Below are positions 28,105-40,300 of a stretch of DNA of 64,000 nt, piece by piece (position 1 is the stretch's first letter; the number at the start of each line of letters is the position of its first letter). The position numbers and the translations under genes were made by a program. The DNA is from Spirochaetia bacterium. GTDB lineage: Bacteria; Spirochaetota; Spirochaetia; SP-2023. The DNA is taken from assembly GCA_965225855.1 (NCBI GenBank), contig CBDDCK010000001.1, forward strand, positions 64,001 through 128,000, given 5' to 3'. The notes under the pieces are model-generated. The model was not told the DNA's origin and ran no database searches. It was given only the letters and a program-made list of their open reading frames with translations.

Positions 28105-29574
28105 TTAGCAGGGAATCCCTTCTAACAGAAACTCTTCATCGGAATTATTATGTAAGTCCTCTTCGTTTGAGCTTGGCTGGTTCTCACTCCGTTGCAAACG
28201 TACTTGCACCAAGTCGCCCGGTTGCCAACTACTATCGACTGGTGCTGCGATTTTGGTTCGCACATAGTTTTCACTGTAGCCCAGCCAATAACCTTTATGC
28301 AATTCTTCCAGCAATATTTTGGCTTTTCGGTTTAGGCAATGCTCTAAGTACTGCCTCTGTAGCTCTTTGGCCAAAGTTTGTAGCCGTTGCATTCGTTGCT
28401 TGACAATGCTTTCTTGCACTTTGGGCATGGTAAAAGCATCGGTGTCTGGACGTGGTGAGTAACTAAAGCTATGTACTGCTGCAAATCGATTATTGCGGAG
28501 CAGCTGGTACGTCGCTTCAAAATCTTCTTCCCGTTCGCCGGGAAAGCCCACGATCACATCGCAAGAAAAGTAGGCTTGTGGCCGTAATTCTTTCAGTCGT
28601 GCTATATAGTTGAGTTGTTGGTTTGCCGTATAACCTCGGCGCATTTGGCGTAAGACATGTTCAGAACCAGATTGAATAGAAATATGAAAATGGGGGCAAA
28701 CACGCTGCGCAGCAAAAGCACAGAATAATTGCTGCGACCGTATACTTTTTATATTTTCTGGCTCTATGGAAGAGAGACGCAAGCGAATTGTTTCCGTTTG
28801 CCCAAGCAATTCTTGCAGTAGCTCTCCGAGGAAATAATGGCTACCAGTGTTTTTATGTTGGTAATGGTACGAATTGATATGAACGCCAGTAATTACAGCT
28901 TCGGTATAACCTTCCCTTTCCAGTTGTTGAAGCTGCTGTACAAGCAGGGGCATAGCTAATGAGCGCGAAGGCCCGCGCGCAATCCGTATACGACAAAAAC
29001 TACACGTGCGGTTGCAGCCATCTTGGATTTTGAGGAAGTACCGCTGCCTTGTTTTATGTGTTGTCGTCTTCTGGAGCGATATGTTTTTTTGCACAGAAGA
29101 AGGTACAACGTTAGGCAGTAGAACTTCAGGAAAGTCTGTTTGGCGGGCTACTCCAGATTGCAGCTGCCGGCCACCCTTTGCCAGTTGTGTGGCAATGCCA
29201 TCACGCAATAAGTGTAGCAATTCTTCATTATTAGCCAAAGGTTGCTTGGCTAGAGTAATACAAAGTTGGGCAGGCTGGTCGGGCAAAGCGCATACACGCG
29301 GCCCCAATGCTTCGATTTTCTGGCGTTCCAATACGGCATAACAGCCCGCTGCTAAAATCACAGCCAAGGGCCAATCGCGCTGAACTTGGCGAATTAAACG
29401 GCGGGCCTTTTGTTCCCCTTTACTGGTAACGGTGCAAGTATTGATTAAATACAGGTCGGCTCCAGAATCCCAAGGGACAATTTCATAACCGGAATCTGCC
29501 AAAATCTTTAGAGCAGAATCGGTTTCACTTTGGTTTAGTTTACAGCCAAAAGTATAAGAACTAATTCTAAGCAT
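28105..29574 (-). CDS. mtaB: tRNA t6A37 methylthiotransferase (MtaB)
   Basis: TFGCKLNQSET, INTCTVT, radical-SAM motif QDGCNRTCSFC and IVGFPGE. Confidence 0.9.
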   Translation of the reverse strand: MLRISSYTFGCKLNQSETDSALKILADSGYEIVPWDSGADLYLINTCTVTSKGEQKARRLIRQVQRDWPLAVILAAGCYAVLERQKIEALGPRVCALPDQPAQLCITLAKQPLANNEELLHLLRDGIATQLAKGGRQLQSGVARQTDFPEVLLPNVVPSSVQKNISLQKTTTHKTRQRYFLKIQDGCNRTCSFCRIRIARGPSRSLAMPLLVQQLQQLEREGYTEAVITGVHINSYHYQHKNTGSHYFLGELLQELLGQTETIRLRLSSIEPENIKSIRSQQLFCAFAAQRVCPHFHISIQSGSEHVLRQMRRGYTANQQLNYIARLKELRPQAYFSCDVIVGFPGEREEDFEATYQLLRNNRFAAVHSFSYSPRPDTDAFTMPKVQESIVKQRMQRLQTLAKELQRQYLEHCLNRKAKILLEELHKGYWLGYSENYVRTKIAAPVDSSWQPGDLVQVRLQRSENQPSSNEEDLHNNSDEEFLLEGIPC

Positions 29575-29941
29575 AATCAGCTGCGCAGCCTGTTGGGCTC
29601 ATAATGCTGCGGCCTTCAAAAAAACTGCCGGGCTCAATATTTAATTTTGGTGTATTAATATCGCCAGTTACTCTAGCACTATTTTCAATGCGCACATCTT
29701 GAGAACAATGAAGGTCGCCAATAATAACACCTTGGACACGGATGCGGTTAGCTTTGATATTGCCACGAATTTCGGAATTTTTTTCCAAAATAATTTCCGA
29801 TTGCGACTCCAATGAACCTTGAATTTTGCCTTTAATTAAAACATTTTCTGGAAAATGGACTTCCCCTTTTATCACAACATCTTGTTGTAAAAGATTGGAA
29901 AATTTCTTTTCATCAATTTTTTTGGAATGGATTTCTGCCAT
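29567..29941 (-). CDS. Bactofilin (polymer-forming cytoskeletal protein)
   Basis: Beta-helix repeats IKGKIQG, IRGNIKA and VTGDINT; IEPGSFFEGRSIM. Confidence 0.88.
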   Translation of the reverse strand: MAEIHSKKIDEKKFSNLLQQDVVIKGEVHFPENVLIKGKIQGSLESQSEIILEKNSEIRGNIKANRIRVQGVIIGDLHCSQDVRIENSARVTGDINTPKLNIEPGSFFEGRSIMSPTGCAADYA

Positions 29942-29943
29942 CG

Positions 29944-30783
29944 TTATTTCCTTTTGAGTGCATTATATACGTTATCAATTGCCTGTTGTAATTCACAACG
30001 CATTGTCGGAGTATAGCTGTTTTGCCATTGAAGGTCGAGAAAAAGTTGCCAAGTGTCATGGCAGGTTTGGGTGCGCAATTGACAAAGTGCTTGGTAACCT
30101 GCGGTTGCAATTGGGCTTTGCTGTAAATCCAAAGCTTCCAATATCCGCCCTAATAAATGGGTCAAGCCTTGGGTGCGAGCAGCCTCACGATCATGCTCAT
30201 CGGGGCTTAAAACCACATTACGCAGCCCTAATGTCGCAAAACACTGCTGCCAAAATTGTAATTCTTGTTTTATCAAATTTTGCGGGCAAAGAACCAAAGG
30301 CAATCCCACAATAGAGTTACTTGCAGAATCTGGGCCAAACATGGGATGCAAACCAAGTATGCGGAAATTTGTTTGGTCTAAATCATCAATAGCCTGATTG
30401 AGCCAAGCCATAGGTTGCATTTTTACCGAACAAGTATCCATCAACCACAGGGGCCGATTTTTTGGCCGACTATGGTTATTGGCTATTGCAGCAAGACAGG
30501 GTCTTAGCTCAGCTAACGTTTTTTGCAAAGCAGAAATGGGCACGCAGAAAAATAACACATCACAGCCCTCTATTGCTTGGAATAAAGATTCTTGATCGGA
30601 TAACGGAATAAATGCGCTAGACTTATCAAATTCATCTTGTTTAAAGGCTGGAGCTGCTAATGGATTAGAATCATAACCTTGTACTCGGCCCAGTTGGCTC
30701 ATATAATTAGACCACAAACAGCCAAAACGCCCCAAGCCCAGAATTACGATTTCCAAGCTAAACTTGTTTTTTGGCTTATTCAT
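29944..30783 (-). CDS. tyrA: Prephenate/arogenate dehydrogenase
   Basis: GLGRFG, DTCSVK, HPMFGPDS and EHDREAARTQGLTH. Confidence 0.85.
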   Translation of the reverse strand: MNKPKNKFSLEIVILGLGRFGCLWSNYMSQLGRVQGYDSNPLAAPAFKQDEFDKSSAFIPLSDQESLFQAIEGCDVLFFCVPISALQKTLAELRPCLAAIANNHSRPKNRPLWLMDTCSVKMQPMAWLNQAIDDLDQTNFRILGLHPMFGPDSASNSIVGLPLVLCPQNLIKQELQFWQQCFATLGLRNVVLSPDEHDREAARTQGLTHLLGRILEALDLQQSPIATAGYQALCQLRTQTCHDTWQLFLDLQWQNSYTPTMRCELQQAIDNVYNALKRK

Positions 30784-31342
30784 TGCTCAAACGTTTATTC
30801 AATTTTTGGACTACAGCTTCCGTAATGTCAATACTTACATCTAGCCAAATAATATTTTTACTATTTTTATCCATAATAATGGAATAGCCTTGTTCCCTAG
30901 CTACTTGAGCTATAACGTCTGCGAGCATTTGTTGCATATGATTATTGTTATTATCTACTGAATAGCGGGCTTGTTCTTGTAAACTGGAGATAGCTTGGTT
31001 TTGGCTTTCAACATATTTACGCCCATATTCGCGCAGCTTTTTCATTTCATTTTGCAGCCGCCGAGCTTGGCCATTTTTATTTTCTTCTTGCGCTCTAGTA
31101 AATTCTTTCTGTAATTCCAAAAGCTGTTCTTTTAGCCGTTCCATTTCGCTCTTTGTTTCCGTTTTCAGTTGCTCAATACGCTGTTGTTCATTGCTTTGAT
31201 TGGGGAATTTTTTGAAGATAACTTGGTAGTCCAATACCGCCACGCGAGTAATTTCTTGTGCTTGCAATGTTGCTGTTGTTGATCGTAAATTTAAAAAAAA
31301 TGCAACCAAAGTAAGGCACAAAAGTAAAAAATAAAAACGCAT
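30776..31342 (-). CDS. skp: OmpH/Skp periplasmic chaperone
   Basis: Signal peptide, RVAVLD, coiled coil, VAREQGYSIIMD and DITEAV; follows bamA. Confidence 0.88.
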   Translation of the reverse strand: MRFYFLLLCLTLVAFFLNLRSTTATLQAQEITRVAVLDYQVIFKKFPNQSNEQQRIEQLKTETKSEMERLKEQLLELQKEFTRAQEENKNGQARRLQNEMKKLREYGRKYVESQNQAISSLQEQARYSVDNNNNHMQQMLADVIAQVAREQGYSIIMDKNSKNIIWLDVSIDITEAVVQKLNKRLSNE

Positions 31343-31384
31343 ATGAACAAACTCCTATATTACAAAAATTAAAATTGCAAATAA

Positions 31385-34153
31385 CTAAAACTGAATGTTG
31401 AAAACAAAACTAAAAGCCCAGCCATTGGTCATAACGTTATTTTTCGGCTCTGGGTTACCGTTTATCTTACCGTTCTCAGTGCGGAAACTTTTTGTGATGT
31501 AAATAGCTAATGGCAATTGCGGAATTGTCAAACGTGGCCCAAAACCCAAGGTAAAGCGAAAATCATCTATGCTTGTGTGGCGGATTTTGTCAAGGCTGCG
31601 CCACACAAGCAGGGCATCAAAAAATAGATCAATCGTCAAAATACTCGGCAGCAATGGGTAGCGTAGTTCAGCAGTATTACGCCAAAGAGCAATTCCATAG
31701 TCATAAGACCAACTACCGCGGTTTAGCGTGGTATAACGCAGTAATTGACTACCATAAAATTGAGCATCGGGTTTTTCTGCGTTTGGCGATGGGTGTTCTA
31801 GCAAAATATGGAACGATGTTCCCAAGTAAAAAATCAAGCGAAAAACATAGTTATTGTTTTTCGCATATATCTCTATTAAGGACAAATATAAATCCATTGA
31901 GCTGCGACTTTTCAGATAATAGATATTTTCATGAGTAGGAATTAGCCCTGCGATGATAAAGCGCTGCGCCAAGGATATGCCCCGATTAGGTTCTGAAGGT
32001 AAATCTGTGGTACTCCATCGCAACCCTAAATGAAAGGTATCACTGAACAGCCATGTTTGGTAATTTGCGCGCGTTCGGTCGTTGAAAGGCCGAAACACAT
32101 TGTTGTCGTAATCAACATAACTTAAGTTGGTACTATAGCCATTGCTAAATGTTAAACGACTGTACTGATTTAAAATGGGGATACGCCAAATCAAACTACT
32201 ATTTAAGCCTAAGCTAATATTACTGGTTTCTTTACTCATACCAAAATCTTGCAGAGCCCTAGATACGATAGTAGCACTGGCTTTGCCAAATTCATCATCG
32301 TTTAAGAAAGGGTCGCGAACACCATTGCCATCTAAATCCTGCGCGATACCCTCTGTTTTGCTATGGGTAAACCCTAGAGAAGCACTAATGCCTAAATTAG
32401 TACCAAACACACGGGAATTGCCAAAGCTCAATTGCACTTTTTGGAGATTGACCCCCATCTCCAAATTGGTGGCCAATGAATAACCACGCCCCAAAAAATT
32501 CTGTTCCCCAAGTTGAAGTGTTCCGCTAATAGGGAAAGACCCTTTGACCGCAGAAGGGGCAATGCGCACACCCGCAGAAATATTTAATGTTTGCCCCTCG
32601 GTAACATGCAAAATAATGCGTAGCAGACCAGGGGAAGAACCTTGGAGAATTTCCGGTTCTACAGATTCAAAAAATCGTGTATAGGCTAAGCTTTCAAGGC
32701 CCCTTCGCAGCTCTGCACTGTTAAAAATATCGCCTGGTTGCAGCGGAATTTCGCGCAATATAACATAGTCTTTGGTAAGAGTATTTCCTTTTATTTCAAT
32801 AGATTCAATACGATTGCGCACTTTGCTTTCGATAATTTGAATTTCATAGGACACTTTTTGCTGAAGAGTATCTTTTTTCTCGCGCGGGACAATTTGCGTT
32901 TGGGCGTAGCCAAGGGAAATATATTTTTGCTGTAGCGCCGCAATACTGGCATTAAATACGGAAGAATTAAAAGGTTGACCCTTTTCTAAAGTAAAAAGTT
33001 GTAACAATTCATCATTATTGTACAATTCATTACCGCTAATGGTAACGCCGTCATACTGATATTGCCGACCTTCTTCAATATGGTATACCAGCTTTAAGTA
33101 TTTGGTGCTGGCAATTTTCCGCTCCATATTTTTGGAAACTTTGAGCTTCCTGCGGCTCACCCGAAATAAAATTTCTTCCACGCGGATAATGCGCATATCT
33201 AAGTAGCCTTCAGAACGATAAAAAGCTTCATAAATAGCACGGTCATCTTCAATATCGCGAGCTACGTAATCTTTTGAAAAAAAGAAAATATCTGCTTTAT
33301 AATTAATAGGTTGGCTTGCAAGACCACGGGCACTGAACAATTTGGTTTTGCTATAACTACTACCGATAAAATCGACACCGGTTATACGCAGCCGCTCACC
33401 TTCATTGATAAAAAAGGTGATAATAATCGAATTAGCCCTGCTTGGGTCGTTCTGAACAGCACTGCTAACTGTGGTATTAAGTGCGCCTTTATTGAAATAA
33501 GCAGCTTCAATTCGCCGTTCATCAGCACGGAGGATCGCCTGATCATAAAAACTTTCCCGTTCTTGCAACTGAATTGCTTCGTTGATTTTGTCACGGCTTA
33601 GTAGAGAACTGCGTCCTTCAAAAACAATGCGAGATATTCTTTTTTTCTCTTCGACTTCAATATACAGGCGCACTTCATTAGAGCCCATTTTTTGGTATTT
33701 TAATTCCACATTGGAAAAATATTCTAGATTAAAAGCATCGACAATGGTATTGCTAATAACATCAGGGCTTAATTCTTTGTTTAAATTATTTTGGCGTAAT
33801 ACTTTTATGTCTCTTTCTTGCACGTTGATAAGCCCGGAGAATACTACTTGACGAATGAGCATGCCGATAAATTCATCGGGTTCAGCAATGATTTTTCCCT
33901 CTTTTTCCTTAGGTTCCTCGTGTTGTTTTGGGGCGGCAGGTTGTTCTTGAGTTTTGTCTTGGGCTGCGATAGACCCAGGGAATATTAGCAGGAACGCAAT
34001 TAGGAAACTGTAAAAAAATTGTAAACTTACATTCATATCTAAAGTTGGGCTCAAGCTTATTTGGTTCATTTCACTACGCTTTGTTGCCCATGCTGCGCGA
34101 AAATGAAAAGTTGTAGTGAATTTTGTTGCTTGATTTTCGCTTGGTTCTGCCAA
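31385..34153 (-). CDS. bamA: Outer membrane protein assembly factor BamA
   Basis: POTRA repeats (GNTLTKDYVILRE), EQNFLGRG, AELRYP and terminal Phe; true start probably near 34036-34069. Confidence 0.9.
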   Translation of the reverse strand: MAEPSENQATKFTTTFHFRAAWATKRSEMNQISLSPTLDMNVSLQFFYSFLIAFLLIFPGSIAAQDKTQEQPAAPKQHEEPKEKEGKIIAEPDEFIGMLIRQVVFSGLINVQERDIKVLRQNNLNKELSPDVISNTIVDAFNLEYFSNVELKYQKMGSNEVRLYIEVEEKKRISRIVFEGRSSLLSRDKINEAIQLQERESFYDQAILRADERRIEAAYFNKGALNTTVSSAVQNDPSRANSIIITFFINEGERLRITGVDFIGSSYSKTKLFSARGLASQPINYKADIFFFSKDYVARDIEDDRAIYEAFYRSEGYLDMRIIRVEEILFRVSRRKLKVSKNMERKIASTKYLKLVYHIEEGRQYQYDGVTISGNELYNNDELLQLFTLEKGQPFNSSVFNASIAALQQKYISLGYAQTQIVPREKKDTLQQKVSYEIQIIESKVRNRIESIEIKGNTLTKDYVILREIPLQPGDIFNSAELRRGLESLAYTRFFESVEPEILQGSSPGLLRIILHVTEGQTLNISAGVRIAPSAVKGSFPISGTLQLGEQNFLGRGYSLATNLEMGVNLQKVQLSFGNSRVFGTNLGISASLGFTHSKTEGIAQDLDGNGVRDPFLNDDEFGKASATIVSRALQDFGMSKETSNISLGLNSSLIWRIPILNQYSRLTFSNGYSTNLSYVDYDNNVFRPFNDRTRANYQTWLFSDTFHLGLRWSTTDLPSEPNRGISLAQRFIIAGLIPTHENIYYLKSRSSMDLYLSLIEIYAKNNNYVFRLIFYLGTSFHILLEHPSPNAEKPDAQFYGSQLLRYTTLNRGSWSYDYGIALWRNTAELRYPLLPSILTIDLFFDALLVWRSLDKIRHTSIDDFRFTLGFGPRLTIPQLPLAIYITKSFRTENGKINGNPEPKNNVMTNGWAFSFVFNIQF

Positions 34154-34321
34154 TTATGCTTGAGGTTGTTTTGGTTTTTTGGGCTATATTCTTTAGCATT
34201 TTTTCGCATTCTTCTTCCTGCTGAATTCAATATATAATTAAGATTTGTTTGCTATATCTTTATTGAGCAAGGTGAATAGCCAAGTGAATAAAGGGAGAAT
34301 CTTAATTGTATTCTTGGCTCT

Positions 34322-37300
34322 TTACCCATCTTCATAAGCTATCCAGTCATAAAGAACATTTTTTCGGTCGCGTTTGAATGTTGCCAAACGCCTGCGGCTA
34401 AGAAATTTACTTAAAGACCATTCCAATAATAAGCTGGTATCTGTAATAAAATAGTCATTGTAGTGGGCCATGCCTATATCCCAAGTAATATCAAGTAATG
34501 GTGTGTTGAATTTTAGACCAAGGCCAGGGATAACCTGTAGACCATTGCGAGAAAATAAAACCTGTTTAGTGTCCTGGGGCTTGTACAAAAGGTCAATATT
34601 CAAAGACAATAAAATCGTATTATTGCGGTCTATGTACATACCAAAAGATAACTGGGTATTATCCAAATATTTTACCCAATTTGAAGAATCAGATGCTGTT
34701 ATATGAATATTGCTATACGACCTTCGCCCTAAGCTATAGTCCGTTATAAAATAATCGCCTAGCAAATTGCCAAGTAAATCGGTTTGAAAATTGACCTTAT
34801 CGAGTTTGAATTCTTTGCGAACAAAATCTTCGATTGGCTTGAGTACGACACTGCTGCCAAAATAGGAAAGGACTTGTGAAAATAGCTGATTTTGTTGCAA
34901 GGTTTGGTCTGCGGCCCAATTGGTACCGCCAGAGCTTAGTTGAGCTGCAACTAAGTAGCGCAATTGTTGTTCAGGCAGGGGGGGCTGCGAATACAATTTG
35001 GGGCTCCAGTTCTGTTCAGACAAATTGGCTAGGTCGCCTTGGTAGTCTATATTGATCTGAATATCTTGCCCTTGCTGATCGTAAGTATAGAGATTGAAAA
35101 ATAATTTAATGTCGGGCGAGAATTGTTCAAAAGTTTCATCAAAAATAAGCTCGCCTTTACGCAGGGTTATTTGGCTACCCAGCAAGTATAATTCGCCATC
35201 ATATAGCGTAATGCGGCCTTTGATACTATTTTGCTGGCTATTACTGTCATACAAAATTTGCAATTCATCGCTGGGGTTTAGTTGCGTATTAAAAATTGCA
35301 CTGTTTTTTTGGGGGTAGACTAAGTAAGCAGAACGCCCAACTTTGGCACGAATATTTAGGGTAAAATCGTAATTTTCATTACTTTGATTATTTGGGTCAT
35401 TTTGGCTTTCTGCTTCAATGCTGTTGTATTGCGAGCTACCTTGCATCAATAAGTGATTAAATTCGAGGTCAGTATTTAGGTTTGTTCCCTGCTCATTGCC
35501 TTCGAGAATGGCAAAGCCTTTGGTATTGGCCTCATACTTTATACCATATGCATCGTAGAAAATGGGGATTCCATTTTTACCTTCAATTTGCAAACCCAGA
35601 TAGTAGCGGTTTATTTTTAGAGTTTGGTGCCTTAGATAGGCTTCTTCATAACCATTGCCGTAGATAACGCCATCGTCGACAAAGGCAATTTGGAACGGCT
35701 TGGCCATGATGATATGGCCTTCGGCTATCAGTTCCATATTTAGCGTTGGCCAATGGCTAGGGAAATAGGGTGAGCGCAAGCGAATATTTTGCAACTGCAG
35801 TGAGCCGTCGATAGCTGGGTCAAAAATATTGCCGTACAGTTTTAAGGAACCGAAAATTCGGCCTTGTTCAAATCGTACTACGGGCTCCTTCATCACCGCA
35901 TCGCGTGGGATGAAAATATTGAGTAGCTTTGGGGCTATGGATAAGTTTTCAATTTGAGCTTCAATATTCCCCCGACTACTAGCCCCTTCGGCCCGAAATG
36001 AAATAGGGTATATGCGCCCAACATTCAGCCAGAATTTTTGGCTTTGAATGCCTATTTCTAAATCCTCGGAGCGGCGGCGGGTTAAATAGAGTTCGCCGAC
36101 TGGCGGGCCTTCAGTTTGAACTATGCGTGGTTTTACAAACATTTCAAAACCCGGAAAAATAGATTTTACATTCACTTGGTTACGCAAATTTTTGGTGATG
36201 GCAGATATGGAGCTTTGGGCCTGATTTGTTGGTTCAGATGAGTAGAGGTGCACGGGATAGCTATAAAGTTTGCCTTGCCAACATATTAGCTCGGTATCGC
36301 TAGTCGATGCTAACTGGCTAAAGGAGTTGCGCTCCAGTGATAGAGCTAGCGAGCTCTGGTAATAATTGCCTTTACCTAGCTGGATATTATAGTTGAGCAG
36401 CCCAGCTAATTTTTGCTTTGTATAATTTTGAGTACTTTGGAAACTCACAAAACTTCTTTCTAAAAATATTTGGCCCCATTTCCCTCGGATATTGGAAAAT
36501 AGCCAAAGCCCTATATCGGTTGGAATGGGAGCATCACTTCGGTTCCATAAAATTTCCGAGCCCAGTTCTAAATTGTTGCCACCGTAACTAGCGTTATCCA
36601 ATTGCCATTGGCCTTGGATATTTTGGAGATCGAACGTAAATGGTTTTAAATTTTCAGCCTCATTTTTGGCCTTAACCTTTAGGGAGTTGGAGAACAGACT
36701 TTGAATATCACCATCAATCAAGCCGTTGCCTACAGCGGAAAATTTTAACATTCCTTGTTCTAAGCTGGTATAATTTTTGCCTTGGAGCAAACTAAGTAGT
36801 CGAGTAAAACGGCTAATATCCAATTGGCCATGCCCTTGGGCATGAAATTGTTGCCCTTGTGTATGGAAATTAATGGCAAGGCTCTCTTCTGCGCTATTTT
36901 GATTTTGCACTGTGCTGCCTTGAGTTATATTTAATTGGCTTGCTTTTGTGCGGAAACCTTGCAAACTAACAGAGCCTTCCCAATAGCCAACTGAGCCAAT
37001 TGAGGTGTTTTTTTCTGCCTCCAAATCAAGATTTTCCTTCCAAGATGAAGGTAGAGGAAGGCTGGGAGGTTGTATTTTTGAGAATGAAATTTCGGTTTTA
37101 TCGTAAGGCCTTGAGGGCTGTGGCATTGTTTTGGGGTTAGAAACTTCCGTTTTAGGTTGTATTGTTTTTTGAGTAGTTAAATCAGCTGGAACACTAGAGA
37201 AAATAAGCGATGTGGCAGGCAATATGGGAGCTAAGGGACGGATAAATACCAAACTACCTTGGCCTTGAAGCTGGCGTTGCGGTTCTAACAGCGCCAGCCG

Positions 37301-40300
37301 TTGGAATTGAAATTCGCCAGGTCGCAAAAAGCCGATGAATTGTAGTTCGCCACCTTGCGAAAAATATTCTCCTGCTGGGACTTCCAAACGAAATTGCGAA
37401 ACATCAACTTGCCAATTGCTTTGTTGGGGGTAAAATCCTGCTGCTTTCAAGCTGAGTAAACTGTGCCCTGTAAATTGTTTTTCCGTGTCAAGGGTCTCGG
37501 TTGTGGTGCGAGTAAGGCCTCCATTTAATAGATTCAAGCGGGGCAGTGTCGGCAGGGGGATTTGCTGAAAAGCTACTTGATATTTTGAATAATCAAAATA
37601 CGCATAAAGCTGATAATCGCCTTCTAACAACCAAGCTTGCTGCCGTGGTTTGCTTTTTGGTGTGTCTTTTGGCTCGATGATTTTTTGCGTTTCCATAGAG
37701 CGCGTTTGCGGAAGCAAGATTTGTTTAATGTTGTAATTTACGTCATGCTCTTGTAATTTGAGCAGCCCATTGCCATTTTTCGCAAGAATATCCCAACGAA
37801 AATTATTGTCGATTTTTAAAGTATCCCAACGCAATTTAAGGTTTTCCAAATTTATCTGCTTAGAGTCGGCCATCGCTTGGAGCAAAATTTGCTGTTGGGT
37901 ATGCGCTCCTTCGACCTGCAATTCATCAAGCCAGAGTTCAAAATTTTGGCTATCATCGTTAAATAGTCGGGCATTTAGTTTAAGGAGGGAAGCATTCATA
38001 CCCGGAAAAAATAATTCTGTAAAAGAAGGCAGGTCTTCGCCGAGTAAAGTCGATAGCAAAACTGGGCCATCTTTGAACTTTTTCTTTTGGTTATCCCATT
38101 TTAGGCTATTGAGTTCTAGCATGATTTGGCTTTGCTTTTTTATAGAGGCGTTCAAAGCCAAAATAGGTTGTAAATAAAAAGGCGCTGTACTGTGCTCTCT
38201 ATCCAATATATTTTGCTGTAGGTTTTGGCTTGAATCGCTTGGATATAAAGGCGTGCCATAGTAAAAGGGCTCTGGATTATTTTTTGCATCAAGTGTACTG
38301 GCTGTACCGAAATGTTTACTTTTACTATGCCGAAGCTGGTTTTGGTTTAACGGAATATGAAGTTGGGCATTGGCATAATAATTTCCTTGGTCATAGGTTA
38401 TTAAACTGCGCAATTGGGGCTGTGCCCAAGGTGGCAGTCCCATAGATAATTGCCGTTCTGGGCTGGTTGCATTGGCTCGTTCTTTTGAAATTTTTGTTAG
38501 CAACGATTTTACATCAAGCAAGGGCAAAGTGCTATTTTCTGGTAGACCAAAGCCAATAAAGTGGCTTTGCAAAGTATCAATCAATAAGCGTTCTTGTTGA
38601 AGACGGCGCAAAAGAAAACGGCCTCTATAGCCTATTTCTGCATGTTTCCATTGAAAATTCAGTAAACCATCGGGCAGTAGCGTATGGTAGGGTAGGCTTC
38701 CACTAAACTGCGCTTCCCAGTTTTTTTGCCAAATTCGGGAATTGTGCGCTATCAAGCCATCTAAATTACCTTCACCATTAAATGCTATGGAAATTTGTGG
38801 TAGCCAGATACTCAATTGAGCTTGGTAATCCAGCGTAAATGGATTCGATTTTTTGAATAGATTGATTTGCATTTGGCTTTGGCCAGTGATTCGGGCTTTA
38901 AACAATGGGGTTTTAGCGGCCAAGCGGTTATATGTAGGGTAGCTTAAATAATGGCCCAGAGTGAAATTATTGGCCCAGAGTTTTAAATCTACGGTTTGTT
39001 GTTTCAAAAAATATGTAAGTTGCCAATTTAGCGTGCGAATTTTTGATAGAGCTTGAAATTTGAGAGCCGTAGGCTGATATTCAATTTGAAATTCCATCGG
39101 TTGGAAGCTACCATAATCACTATGAAGTTCCGGCAATTGAAAAATCAAATAAGCTTGGCTAAGGTTATAGGCTAAGCCCCCTCGTGCATGGAGCTGCCCC
39201 CAAAAAGCCAGATTTTTTGCGTGATTATTGCGATGTATATTGCCACGAAATTTCCCTTGCAGTTCAAACAGGTAGTTTCTTGGGTTCTTTTGGGAAATTT
39301 TTGTAGTATTTTGTTCTAACTCGGAATGGCTGTCAGGAAATTTTTCTTTTTTGTACCATAAAGGTTGATAGTTCCATGGTAATATCGTAACGATGCGATT
39401 CCATAAATTCTTTAACCATGGATATTTATACAGGCTGCCAGCGAAAAATAATATTTGTTCTTGCAGGGCGGGATTTTTCCAAATATTAGACGTGTCTGGC
39501 TGGAATAAAATACGAATATCTTCACCTTCAAAAAATTGTTGCCAAAAATCAAATTCTAGCTGCAAAGAATGTATTTCAATGGGAAAAACGCGTAGTAATT
39601 GTAGGAAATCTTGCCAGATAAATTCTTGATTTTCGGTGGTTGACTGGTCATCTTCTTGGAACTTTTTGGGGAAATTCTGTAGATCATTGAGCTGGCTGGT
39701 GTAAATCTTTAGGTCTACGGCCCCTAGTGAAAGTTTTGTGATGTGCTGCAGCAGGCCCAACAATTTTAAGCTAGGTTCTATTTGTTTGTTGAATATTGGG
39801 CTTAGTGGCTCTGTCAAACTTTCGTTTTGTTGTATATTGCTTTCTAGGCTTTGTTTTGTTTGTGTATTCTTGTGTATTTTTTTGGGATAGAGCTGTTGCC
39901 ACACATTATTTAACAAAGGCCATAATTCAAATCTTAGTTGCAAGTTATCTACTTGGAGATAGAGTTGAGTCAATGTTTGATAATTTTCAGGGGGCTTTTC
40001 AAGGCCGGGTTGCGCTACCGCTTTTTTGTTTTTTGGGTGGTTATGGGCGTTGATTTCTGCTATGGAACGGTGAGGCATCTGCTTTAAAAAAGCTGGCAAA
40101 AATTGCAGTTTAGATTCTCGTATATCTAGTGGCCCTTGATTGGGCACTTGGTTGGGAATATTGAGGCGAACTTGTATATCGCTTAGCTGAATTTGTTGGA
40201 GTAAATTCAACCTCAAAGAGCGAAAACGAATATGAATGTTATGTTGTTGCTCCAGCATTAAAAACACAGCTTTTAGTTCCCGCTGTATTTTGGTTTGCCA